From positions 2,848,001-2,912,000 of the forward strand of contig CAXXVL010000002.1 of the NCBI GenBank assembly GCA_963667845.2: DNA of 64,000 nt, in the 5' to 3' direction. The notes beneath the pieces were generated by a model, which had not been told where the DNA came from, made no database searches, and worked only from the letters and a program-made list of their open reading frames with translations. Origin of the DNA: Smithellaceae bacterium. Lineage in GTDB: Bacteria > Desulfobacterota > Syntrophia > Syntrophales > Smithellaceae. The stretch's first letter is position 1, and the number at the start of each line of letters is the position of its first letter. Positions 27,353 to 36,170 of this stretch are shown here, piece by piece. Made by a program: the position numbers and the translations under genes.

Positions 27353-29779
27353 ATGCCTAAAACAAGAGATAATCACTATGTTCCCGAATGGTATCAAAAA
27401 GGATTTCTCCCAGGCAACTCAAATCAGCTTCATTATTTAGATCTTGCCCCTGATACAAAACGGCTTACTGATGGTCGTATCATCACTATGAATTGCAGGA
27501 GCATGAGACCTACATCCACGTGTTTCTACCAAACAGATTTATACACTACATTTTTCGGTGAATATATAAATGATGAGATAGAAAGACTTCTCTTTGGCCA
27601 GATTGACAATACCGGATCAAAGGCAGTGCGTGCTTTTATTGGCGAAGATGTGGGTGAATGGCACCACCGTTTTTCAGATTTTTTTTCTTATATAGATTCT
27701 CAAAAGATACGAACTCCAAAAGGTCTGGATTGGATCAAAAAACACTACCTTAACCTTAATCAGGTAGAATTAATGATAGAGATGCAGGCAATAAGGAATA
27801 TTCATTGTACATTATGGACAGAGGGTGTCAGAGAAATTGTCTCCGCAAAAAGCTCGGACGTAAAATTCATTATTTCTGATCATCCTGTCACCGTCTACAA
27901 CTATGCCTGTGACCCGTCAAACAAGCAGTGTATGTATCCCGATGATCCGTCGATTGCACAAAAGGGCACGCAAACGATATTCCCCCTCAATAATGATTAT
28001 TGTTTAATACTGACGAATCTTGAATATGCAAAAAATCCAAATGAACAAGATCCAACAGAGAAGCGTACTAATGCACGGTTCGTAAGACAAAGCATGGTAA
28101 GGACAGATGCATTTATCAGGACCCGAAACTTAAATGAAAACGAAATTTCAACAATTAATTCAATATTAAAAAGGAGAGCGAGAAGGTATATCGCGGCACA
28201 AAAAGAAGAATGGTTGTATCCAGAAAAAAGAATATCCTCCGGTTGGTCTGATATGAAGGAGGTACTTCTTCCCCCCGAGAATGAACTCTATCATTTCGGT
28301 GGGGAGCTATATGCAGGTTTTCAAGATGGAAGAACCTACTATCAGGACGCCTTTGGCCGTTCCATTCCAGAAAATAAATATCTAAAAAAAACAAATAATA
28401 AAGATAAAATTGGGAGCAATGATCCTTGCGGCTGCGGCAGTGGTAAGAAGTATAAAAAATGCTGCATGAATAAAAAAGAAGAAGACCGGACATCATGGGA
28501 TGTATTGAGCATTCGAGAGCGTAACCTAATTTTGTATAGTGGAGTGCGAGACATTCTTGGTTTCAATAAGGGGAAAGACTGGGATGATGTAAGGCGCGAA
28601 CTAAGTAATGAACAAATTATCAAAATCCATGAACTTTATGGATTCCTGTGGCCCATAGATACGGATGTATTCACTTTGCTTCCAAAGCCGGATAACACGC
28701 TTAGGGCACTTTACACAGGAATGATAGATCCGAGAGTGGCTACTTTATTCGCATTGGGGGCCGTTCCATATTTTGATGAAGTATTAATACAGCATCCATT
28801 TATCAATCCTGGTGCCGTCAAACCTGAATTTAATCCTGTTAATTCTCCACACCAGTATAAACACCAAATGCTAAAAAATCTGCTATTGTTCTTGTATCTG
28901 GAACCTTTCATTAGGTCAGGTCTAGTAAATTTTATTCCTGACCCATGCTTTTTTGATCAGCATTTACACCGGCAAATGCTAAACATGGCGACACAACGTA
29001 GAAGTGTAGTTAATATTAACCAACATGAGGCAGATCGGTATATGAAATTGTGTCAGGACGATTTTTCACGCACAATACACTTATTACCGAAGGAACATCG
29101 CATATCTCAAATTCGTAAAGTTATGCCCGAATTATCGGCAGAGCAAATAGAAGAAATACTTCAATATATGGAAAAAATGAATCAGAAAGATCCTCTTTCG
29201 CTATTGCAGGATAGTGCGCTCAGTGAAGGTGGGCAGATGATGATAGTGAGTATGGCACCAAACTTTGAAATGTCATTATTTATTGCTCAAGCAACCGGTT
29301 CGATAATTCTTACAAATAGCGAGACTCGGTGGGAAGAATTGAAAGCTGCGCAATATAGGGAGGGTGGCATGGTAAACCATCCTTGGTCAGATTTAAGTAA
29401 TTTTTTAAATAACCTTAGATATTGTTTTAGTGGCGACCCAGAAAAGAATTTTATTCATCGAATGAGTGGGAATTTTGGAAGTTTAAGAAAGGTTTTTCGT
29501 GAGATTTATTTAACCCTTCGGAATAACCAAAACATTCCAGACGCAATCCTGACAGGAAGACGAAATAAAGAATTCAAGATTAGTCTTGAATCTGCGTTAA
29601 GGAGCTATGATGTAGATAAACAATTTACCTTTGATGTAAAAATGAACTTCCTAATGCCCAAGGGAGGCTTTATCGACAACAACGTACAACGGTTACTATT
29701 GAAATCTGGCAGCGAAAAACATCTTAGTAACGCATCAATGGTAATTTTTGTCGAGCCACGCAATACTAACAAACTATAA
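27353..29779 (+). CDS. DUF4238-domain protein with internal SEC-C motif
   Basis: NHYVPEWYQKGF, FIISDHPV; IGSNDPCGCGSGKKYKKCC. Confidence 0.85.
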   Translation: MPKTRDNHYVPEWYQKGFLPGNSNQLHYLDLAPDTKRLTDGRIITMNCRSMRPTSTCFYQTDLYTTFFGEYINDEIERLLFGQIDNTGSKAVRAFIGEDVGEWHHRFSDFFSYIDSQKIRTPKGLDWIKKHYLNLNQVELMIEMQAIRNIHCTLWTEGVREIVSAKSSDVKFIISDHPVTVYNYACDPSNKQCMYPDDPSIAQKGTQTIFPLNNDYCLILTNLEYAKNPNEQDPTEKRTNARFVRQSMVRTDAFIRTRNLNENEISTINSILKRRARRYIAAQKEEWLYPEKRISSGWSDMKEVLLPPENELYHFGGELYAGFQDGRTYYQDAFGRSIPENKYLKKTNNKDKIGSNDPCGCGSGKKYKKCCMNKKEEDRTSWDVLSIRERNLILYSGVRDILGFNKGKDWDDVRRELSNEQIIKIHELYGFLWPIDTDVFTLLPKPDNTLRALYTGMIDPRVATLFALGAVPYFDEVLIQHPFINPGAVKPEFNPVNSPHQYKHQMLKNLLLFLYLEPFIRSGLVNFIPDPCFFDQHLHRQMLNMATQRRSVVNINQHEADRYMKLCQDDFSRTIHLLPKEHRISQIRKVMPELSAEQIEEILQYMEKMNQKDPLSLLQDSALSEGGQMMIVSMAPNFEMSLFIAQATGSIILTNSETRWEELKAAQYREGGMVNHPWSDLSNFLNNLRYCFSGDPEKNFIHRMSGNFGSLRKVFREIYLTLRNNQNIPDAILTGRRNKEFKISLESALRSYDVDKQFTFDVKMNFLMPKGGFIDNNVQRLLLKSGSEKHLSNASMVIFVEPRNTNKL

Positions 29780-29861
29780 ATAATACCATCATTCCCATGG
29801 CGGATGCAGTCATTTAATAAATATTAGATAAAAGCAATTAAATGCTATCGCTTATAAACTT

Positions 29862-30131
29862 CTACTTCGCTTCCCGCATTCCAGTCTTTTTCTTGCTTCC
29901 CATCTGTTTACTTATTTTCTCTTCAACGAGTGACATAACTTTTGATGCGGTGAGATTGAAGGCTTTGGCTAGTTGAAAAATCGTGATCAGGGAAGGTTGC
30001 TTATGGCCACATTCCAAAAGTGAAATGAAACTGCGATCAAGATTGCTTACATCGGCAAGTTTCTCTTGAGAGATTTGATTTGCCTTCCTCAGCTCTCTTA
30101 TCACTTCCCCAAATGCCTCTTCGATCGTCAA
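29862..30131 (-). CDS. XRE-family HTH transcriptional regulator
   Basis: IRELRK..ISQEKLA..LDRSFISLLECG..PSL; TTG start with AGGAG RBS. Confidence 0.88.
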   Translation of the reverse strand: MTIEEAFGEVIRELRKANQISQEKLADVSNLDRSFISLLECGHKQPSLITIFQLAKAFNLTASKVMSLVEEKISKQMGSKKKTGMREAK

Positions 30132-30180
30132 GTTCGTCTCCTTGTTGATGGAACTTAACAGAAGCGAGAGGGATATTCTG

Positions 30181-30209
30181 TTGACTATTGGCAACACATT
30201 GTTTATAAA
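30181..30209 (+). promoter_or_regulatory. sigma70-type promoter divergent from the XRE gene
   Basis: TTGACT-17 bp-TATAAA. Confidence 0.55.
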
Positions 30210-30483
30210 ACAAAAGCATTCCCATTATAGAGCGTAAAATTATTTGCGGTTGTCAGAAAAGATAATGCATTAAAATTATCTGAACAGTCGGTGAGGCTGT
30301 CATGGACGAACTGATTATAGAACCCCGTTACTCAAGAAGAGTGCGGGTTTTTTTGTTCATTGTAACCGGAACTACAAACATAAAACTGACTTAGCGAAAG
30401 AAGCCAATCTACTAGACTCGGACTTTATGACTTCATGGTGTCTTTATTAGCGGGTGAAAGAAAATCGAAAAGGAGGCATCTTC

Positions 30484-30840
30484 ATGACAATGTCAAAAGC
30501 TGTTCCAGTTTTTAAGATACGTATAATAATGGGATCTTTAGTAATTCTATTTTCTTTTCTTGCCATCAATTGCTACGCGGATATTTTTGGTGCATGTAAC
30601 TATTATGAATGCATTTTAGATGAAATGCCAGGAGTTAAGAATGATATTGTAGCAAGACAAATCATTGCAAATTGCGCATCTAAATGTCCAGATAAGTCTA
30701 CAAAGAAAAAAACAAGATTAGGTTTTTCTGGTAGAAGGACTGCCTCAAAATGTTTTTTAAAGTATGCAAAAGATACCACCAGTGAAGTAGGGGCACGAGT
30801 AATACGGTATTCTTGTTATTCATTATATCCAATAGATTAG
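30484..30840 (+). CDS. Small secreted Cys-rich protein
   Basis: AGGAGG RBS, signal peptide, duplicated C-x-L..........A...I...C unit. Confidence 0.65.
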   Translation: MTMSKAVPVFKIRIIMGSLVILFSFLAINCYADIFGACNYYECILDEMPGVKNDIVARQIIANCASKCPDKSTKKKTRLGFSGRRTASKCFLKYAKDTTSEVGARVIRYSCYSLYPID

Positions 30841-30903
30841 ATTTAGATATTATTTATCAGCATTAATACTTACAGGCAGAGTTATTTTCCAGGGAGGTTC
30901 TTT

Positions 30904-31102
30904 ATGAAAAAAATCGGAAATAATCTTGGTGGTAGGCCATAGAAACCTTACTGGCCATCTATGGCATATCAGCAATGATAATGGCTACATACTATAACTG
31001 GAAGTATGCTGTTGAAAACGGATTTATCCAGTGGCTTTTTTTGGTGAGATTATCGCGTCACTAAAAGCATTAATTTGGCCGTTTTTTGTTTTTTTTACAT
31101 AA
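30904..31102 (+). pseudogene. Frameshifted small membrane-protein gene
   Basis: GGAGG RBS then fragments ..YYNWKYAVENGFIQWLF / GEIIASLKALIWPFF in different frames. Confidence 0.4.
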
Positions 31103-31130
31103 AGAAGTTAAGGCTGTCACAATATTAATT

Positions 31131-31721
31131 ATGCGATACCTTGTTTTATTAAGAACCTTATTTGTTTTTGTTGTGATCATGGGGCTTCCTCATATCACAT
31201 TGGCAGATGACGACCTAAATTTCGTTTATAATTTGTGCATACAGGGAATGTCTTCTGAACCATCAATCACAAGAGCGGAATCCGAAACGTTCTGCTCTTG
31301 CGCGATTGATGAGGTTAAAAAAGGCATTACTCAGGGGCAAAGATCATCAATTAGAGAACTAAAAAGGCTGATGAAATTGAATCAAGCAGTTCCTCAAGAT
31401 TTATTTCAAAAGTCAGGACTGAAGGGATTGATTGTTAAGAGCCAAGATCACTGTAGTAAATTACAATGGCCCGTAGCATCAAAGATTAGCGAAAAAGATC
31501 ATAAAAAATATTCTTCAATGGCAACAAGAAGTGTCGTCGAATTCGATGCACTACTGGGTGCTCGCTGCGATAAGTATCCAAAGTCAAAAGAACGCAATCG
31601 GTGTCTCGTCGATGCCGCGAAGGAATGGCTTAAGACCAAAGGCAAGCACTATGCTGGAATCCCGCCTGCCTACCTTACGGGAAATGACCTTGCCAAAGCG
31701 TTCATTGACAAGGCTCAGTAG
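31131..31721 (+). CDS. Secreted hypothetical protein
   Basis: Signal peptide, C..FCSC..C pattern. Confidence 0.65.
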   Translation: MRYLVLLRTLFVFVVIMGLPHITLADDDLNFVYNLCIQGMSSEPSITRAESETFCSCAIDEVKKGITQGQRSSIRELKRLMKLNQAVPQDLFQKSGLKGLIVKSQDHCSKLQWPVASKISEKDHKKYSSMATRSVVEFDALLGARCDKYPKSKERNRCLVDAAKEWLKTKGKHYAGIPPAYLTGNDLAKAFIDKAQ

Positions 31722-31800
31722 GCCAACCCTGAATGGGTAGCCGAGAGTTTTTCTCCGTATTCGGTTAAGCACTTCCAAAATTAACTGCAAGGAAAATGAC

Positions 31801-32919
31801 ATGGGACTATTCGATTTTCTTAAAAACACCAAAAGCCAGCCTACAACTATCAAATCAGGTGAAGAACGGATTTCTAAAATTGTTAAAGAAATTGCTAAAT
31901 GTTATTCTGATTTCTTTACCGATATGGCAAGACCATTATACGAATGTATCGATAGGAATGCGAGGGCTATCAGGATCGGCTCAGAAATCCCAATGATGGC
32001 GTATTTCGACTTTGAGAATTTTAGCAATTTGTTGTTCAATAATATGAAGTTAGAAATAAAGGACAAAAACTCTATCTTTTTGCAAGAGCAGTCCACTTTC
32101 TATGTGTTGTTTTCGGACCGTTACTTGTTTTCCAAATTGGGCAACGAAGGCAGAAATCAAGTTATGGATGTATTGGAGTGCGCATATTTAAATACAATGA
32201 TGAATTATACAAACCACAATGAAGCGGCTTGGCATATGTATAAAGAACATATTTTGGTGCGTGAGAAAGAAACCAGTCAATATGAATCTATGGATCGCTT
32301 TTTTACTGTTTATCAATCAAACCTGATTCACATGCTTGGCCTAGATAAAGATTACATCTCTGTCCGATTTCTACTTGATCAAATCATTAATGCGGGAACC
32401 ATGATGTTTGCATTAAAAATGTTAAGCACACTTGAAGTTGCAATCTTAATCAGTAAAGAGGAAAAACTTGCCGCGTCAAATAGCCAGTCGGTCGCCACAG
32501 TTATGGAAATCAGGCGAGACGGTCTTTTTATCGCCTACAATAATGGCACGGTACTAGATACAAAGACAAATCTGATGTGGGCGGCAAAGGACAACGGGGC
32601 GAATATTAACTGGGCAGATGCCAAGAAATATTGTGAGAATTATCGCGGGGGCGGCTATGCTGACTGGCGAATGCCCACGGCGGAGGAACTGATTGGGTTG
32701 TATGATGCGAACAAATCGCGACCATTAGCATGCAATAAAGCATATTCGATACATGTTGCTACTGATTTGATTGATATTACGTGTTTTAATCCATGGACCT
32801 CCGAGACGACCAATACCTTGGCCGCCAGCATCACTTATCACGATGGCATTAAGCGGAACAATTATTTACAGACGAGCACCGGCGGCTTCCGTGCGCTCCC
32901 GGTGCGTTCAGGCAAATAG
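31801..32919 (+). CDS. Protein with C-terminal DUF1566 (Lcl/CLec-fold) domain
   Basis: NGTVLDTKTNLMW, NWADAKKYC, DWRMPT.EEL, WTS, RALPVR. Confidence 0.85.
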   Translation: MGLFDFLKNTKSQPTTIKSGEERISKIVKEIAKCYSDFFTDMARPLYECIDRNARAIRIGSEIPMMAYFDFENFSNLLFNNMKLEIKDKNSIFLQEQSTFYVLFSDRYLFSKLGNEGRNQVMDVLECAYLNTMMNYTNHNEAAWHMYKEHILVREKETSQYESMDRFFTVYQSNLIHMLGLDKDYISVRFLLDQIINAGTMMFALKMLSTLEVAILISKEEKLAASNSQSVATVMEIRRDGLFIAYNNGTVLDTKTNLMWAAKDNGANINWADAKKYCENYRGGGYADWRMPTAEELIGLYDANKSRPLACNKAYSIHVATDLIDITCFNPWTSETTNTLAASITYHDGIKRNNYLQTSTGGFRALPVRSGK

Positions 32920-33021
32920 GGTATTCGGTACTTTGATTATTTCCTTTTTCCGGATGCACGGCGGAGCCGAAAAACTCTTAATACTTTATGGCAAATAAAA
33001 CAAAAAAAGGAGCGATGTGGT

Positions 33022-33276
33022 ATGGAACAAGAACCCAAAGCAACCAGACTCGTAGCAGAAATACAACGTAGGCTTCCCAATGCAAAAGTATTTTGGGATA
33101 AACCGCCAAAACCCACAACTGATAATAGTGCTTTCTGCATTTTGACTGCTGCGAGCCTGAAGGAACCTGACAAGAAAGTCTCCATGAAGTACGCCAACGG
33201 GATAGGAGACGACGACCATTTTACTGTCGAGCAGTCGGCTGATGATTTTATGGCTTATTTGGCGGGAAAACTTTAA
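33022..33276 (+). CDS. Hypothetical protein
   Basis: 84 aa ORF. Confidence 0.5.
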   Translation: MEQEPKATRLVAEIQRRLPNAKVFWDKPPKPTTDNSAFCILTAASLKEPDKKVSMKYANGIGDDDHFTVEQSADDFMAYLAGKL

Positions 33277-33295
33277 GATTTAAAATAGCCATTTT

Positions 33296-33523
33296 CTAAT
33301 GCACATCAAAAGCGATTGCGTAATTGCTATCGTCACGAACAAGGTAGAACCGTATCATTTTTGTTATACCCATATTCACTAAATACTTAGCGGCTCTCGA
33401 CTTGGCTTCGTCAAATGCTGCATCTTCTTCACCTGTAATAATGCTTTGTGTTTCAATGCTGGGATATCCATCTTCATTGATTGTTGTTATGGCATTGCCA
33501 CTTAAATATAGACGCCACTGCAT
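33296..33523 (-). CDS. Hypothetical protein
   Basis: 75 aa, AGGAG RBS upstream. Confidence 0.55.
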   Translation of the reverse strand: MQWRLYLSGNAITTINEDGYPSIETQSIITGEEDAAFDEAKSRAAKYLVNMGITKMIRFYLVRDDSNYAIAFDVH

Positions 33524-33738
33524 ATTACAATATCTCCTTTCAAATACAAAATAAATGGTGCCTTACAAATCTCAGCCTTGTGTACTTTATGGGTGAAGGC
33601 AATACGACGCCGCGCAGTCCCATTTCGCCAAGCATTCTGGCTCATGCCCGACAACGCTTGACTGCTTGCCCTGATCTTGATAATCCGTGTCATAATCCAT
33701 CCAGCTACCCAGGCGCGCTAATCTGAATTAGATTTTGA

Positions 33739-34050
33739 CTAAAACCGGCTCCTCGGTTGCCGCTGTGCCAGAATAAACCGCTCATCCAAATCCTTCTGCT
33801 GCCTTTCCTTCTCTGCCTCATACCCCAGTGCAGTATTAATGCCCTCATCTTGCCATGTTTTGTCATTATAATTCGACTGATTCAGTTCCAGGATATATGT
33901 ATCTAAGTGAGATTTCTGCGCCATGGGCCTTCCCGAAGGATCACGAAAAATAGGCATTCCATTGCGCGCCCAGCGCTGAGCCGTCTTTGCAGACTTTCCA
34001 AGATATTTCCCGATGTCCGTCCAACCAACGAGCCATTGATCTGTTTCCAT
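33739..34050 (-). CDS. Small HTH DNA-binding protein (excisionase/MerR-like)
   Basis: LVGWTDIGKYLGKSAKTAQRW..GMP; GGAGG RBS. Confidence 0.7.
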   Translation of the reverse strand: METDQWLVGWTDIGKYLGKSAKTAQRWARNGMPIFRDPSGRPMAQKSHLDTYILELNQSNYNDKTWQDEGINTALGYEAEKERQQKDLDERFILAQRQPRSRF

Positions 34051-34207
34051 TTGTCACCTCCCGTCTCACATTTCGGTCAGTTTGTCCCGAATAGGTATTT
34101 CTGCCATTAGTGGCAATGCAGGGGCATACGTGTGTCTGCATTAAAATAAATACTTCGATGCTTGGATGATTCTAATTCTACGCTAACTGCGCAGGCTCAT
34201 CTTCTCC

Positions 34208-34825
34208 TCAAAATTGTTCTTCTTTCTTTAGTAATTCTTGACCAAGAAATTCTAACCATTTTGGAAACTTTCGATACATATGCTGCTTAAGAAGCCATGC
34301 CTTCTTTTCCCCATCAGAGCGAAATTTGTTAAATTCCTTGCGAGCATCACCAACAAGCATCCCCCAGTAATATGATTCTTCTTTCTCTTCTGGTACTATC
34401 CAAGCCTTGGAAAAAGAAACTCTCCGCCCTTTTTCCCATGGATGATTCAAAATATCGGGCAAAGTATTTTCTAAAAATTTCTTTTTATCATGGCGTTTAG
34501 CTCCAACGAACTTCCTGTCTGATATTATTACCGAGATATCCAGACCATTAATACGAGAGTGATGACTACTAACATTTTGACTTATAAAGTTTGACAACTT
34601 TTTACCGCTTTCCGTTCTGAATCCAACAAAGACCTGAATACACGGTAATTCCATATAAGCATCCGATATTTTAACCATGTATTTCTTAATCAGTTTCTTG
34701 CGGCAACTTGGACACTTCCATTCCATACAAAGAAGATTAAAAGAAATCGCACCACTCGGTCCTACCAGAGTAACCAACATGCCGCAGCCACTCCAAACAG
34801 CATGTTCCCTTCCTTGCTTTTTCAC
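34208..34825 (-). CDS. Hypothetical protein with C-x2-W-x-C-P-x-C motif (possible replication-related)
   Basis: SGCG...LLCMEWKCPSC; position in the element core; no clear HUH motif. Confidence 0.5.
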   Translation of the reverse strand: MKKQGREHAVWSGCGMLVTLVGPSGAISFNLLCMEWKCPSCRKKLIKKYMVKISDAYMELPCIQVFVGFRTESGKKLSNFISQNVSSHHSRINGLDISVIISDRKFVGAKRHDKKKFLENTLPDILNHPWEKGRRVSFSKAWIVPEEKEESYYWGMLVGDARKEFNKFRSDGEKKAWLLKQHMYRKFPKWLEFLGQELLKKEEQF

Positions 34826-34882
34826 ATAATTTACCTTGTAATATCTTCATGCTATGGCAATATCACGTAATTCATTATAAAA

Positions 34883-35025
34883 TCATCATGTTAGGTAAGT
34901 AATTGGTAAGCAGTTGTTCTAATAGCTATTTAGTTTGGAAATGAATAAAGAACAACTGCTAAAGTAATACATATGTAAATATTTAATATTATTAACATAA
35001 TTACTAAATTTGCCTAACATGATGA
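34883..35025. repeat. Nested perfect inverted repeats in AT-rich intergenic DNA
   Basis: 13 bp 34883-34895/35013-35025, 7 bp 34898-34904/34999-35005, 12 bp 34909-34920/34949-34960. Confidence 0.85.
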
Positions 35026-35068
35026 ATTTGCATAAGTATTTAAGTATTTCATTTGTGACGCCTTGTAT

Positions 35069-35350
35069 TCATTTATTATCATTACCTTTTTTTACGCGAT
35101 TGACGAGCCAATCAATAGTGGCCATGCGCTCATAAAAGGTTTTATTACCAATAATGACACGCCATTTAATGCCGTGGCCCACCGAATCTGCATTAGCTAA
35201 TGTACCCCCTGCAACAAGTCCGTTCAAAAGAGGGTCTCGACGTGAGATCAACTTTTGTTCAATGGGAAACATTGCTTCAAGCTGTTTCCGAAGTTCGTCT
35301 TTGGTCATGGCTTGTTTCAGTTCTTGCTTCATAATAAGTACCTCCATCAA
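35069..35350 (-). CDS. AlpA/Xis-like winged-helix protein
   Basis: GLVAGGTLANADSVGHG..IIGNKTFY..IDWL pattern; likely start at MKQELK with GGAGG RBS. Confidence 0.65.
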   Translation of the reverse strand: MMEVLIMKQELKQAMTKDELRKQLEAMFPIEQKLISRRDPLLNGLVAGGTLANADSVGHGIKWRVIIGNKTFYERMATIDWLVNRVKKGNDNK

Positions 35351-35411
35351 TTTTTATTATCTTGCTGGATCATAATGTAACATATTGAAATAATATGTCA
35401 AATTGTCTATT

Positions 35412-35508
35412 GCGGAATGGACGAATTGCAGAATGGACGAATTATGAAACGCATTGACTGATTCCGTTTGCGCAGTAATTCGTCCAGAAATAAATGAGAA
35501 AATGGACG
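35412..35508. promoter_or_regulatory. Array of (AA)TGGACG(AATT) repeats, putative operator
   Basis: Tandem 16-mers 35412-35427 and 35428-35443, inverted copy 35477-35486, partial copy 35501-35508. Confidence 0.65.
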
Positions 35509-35511
35509 TTT

Positions 35512-36093
35512 TTACTTCTTTGTCTTGGCGCGTTTTGCGCCTCTTGGTGCTGGTGGAAAGCCTAAGCATTTGATAAGTCTATTGAATTGAGTTCGACAAT
35601 AAGGATTGTATTTATGGTCTTTTAGAATTTCGTCTATTCGTTTTTTCGCTTTAACTTTGTTCATCTTAGGGTCATCACGACGCAGCTTTGTTGCTTCCTC
35701 AATAACAATGGATGCTCTTGGCTTGGAAATACGTTTATTATTCGATAATTTGTCTTGCGCAGATTCAACAAGGAGATTTTTTGTAAGGCACTGTTGATAC
35801 GCATCAGTAGGCAGTATATGAGAGGTCATTCCATTTTTCTTTTCATAGTTTTCCACATCAGAAATACGAAAAATAAGTTTTGTTACTTCATCAACGGTGA
35901 ATGGTTCTTGGCGCAGGCAACTCGTGAGACCGTCCGGATATTCTATAAACGACGAGCCGTCAACTATGCGCAAAACTGAAAAGTCATCGCCAAAATATGA
36001 CTGCAACTTCCCATCAAAGACCATGTTTGCGAGGTCGTATTTATTAATATTCCAACGGGTGCAAAGATCTGACCATGTAATCCATTTTTTCAT
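35512..36093 (-). CDS. Hypothetical protein, probable DNA-binding regulator downstream of the integrase
   Basis: AGGAGG RBS; basic helical C-terminus. Confidence 0.6.
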   Translation of the reverse strand: MKKWITWSDLCTRWNINKYDLANMVFDGKLQSYFGDDFSVLRIVDGSSFIEYPDGLTSCLRQEPFTVDEVTKLIFRISDVENYEKKNGMTSHILPTDAYQQCLTKNLLVESAQDKLSNNKRISKPRASIVIEEATKLRRDDPKMNKVKAKKRIDEILKDHKYNPYCRTQFNRLIKCLGFPPAPRGAKRAKTKK

Positions 36094-36170
36094 CGTGGTT
36101 GCGCCTCCTATGAGTTTGGATTGGGAAGAGCCGCAAGGATAACTGGCATGTCAAGCCCTCGGCTTTTTCC

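Noticed and set aside
31721..31770. GGCCAAC...GTTAAGC after a stop codon as another attC
   Set aside because: Only 50 bp, L-box spacing and pairing are poor and it does not resemble the array consensus; not fully excluded without a covariance-model scan.
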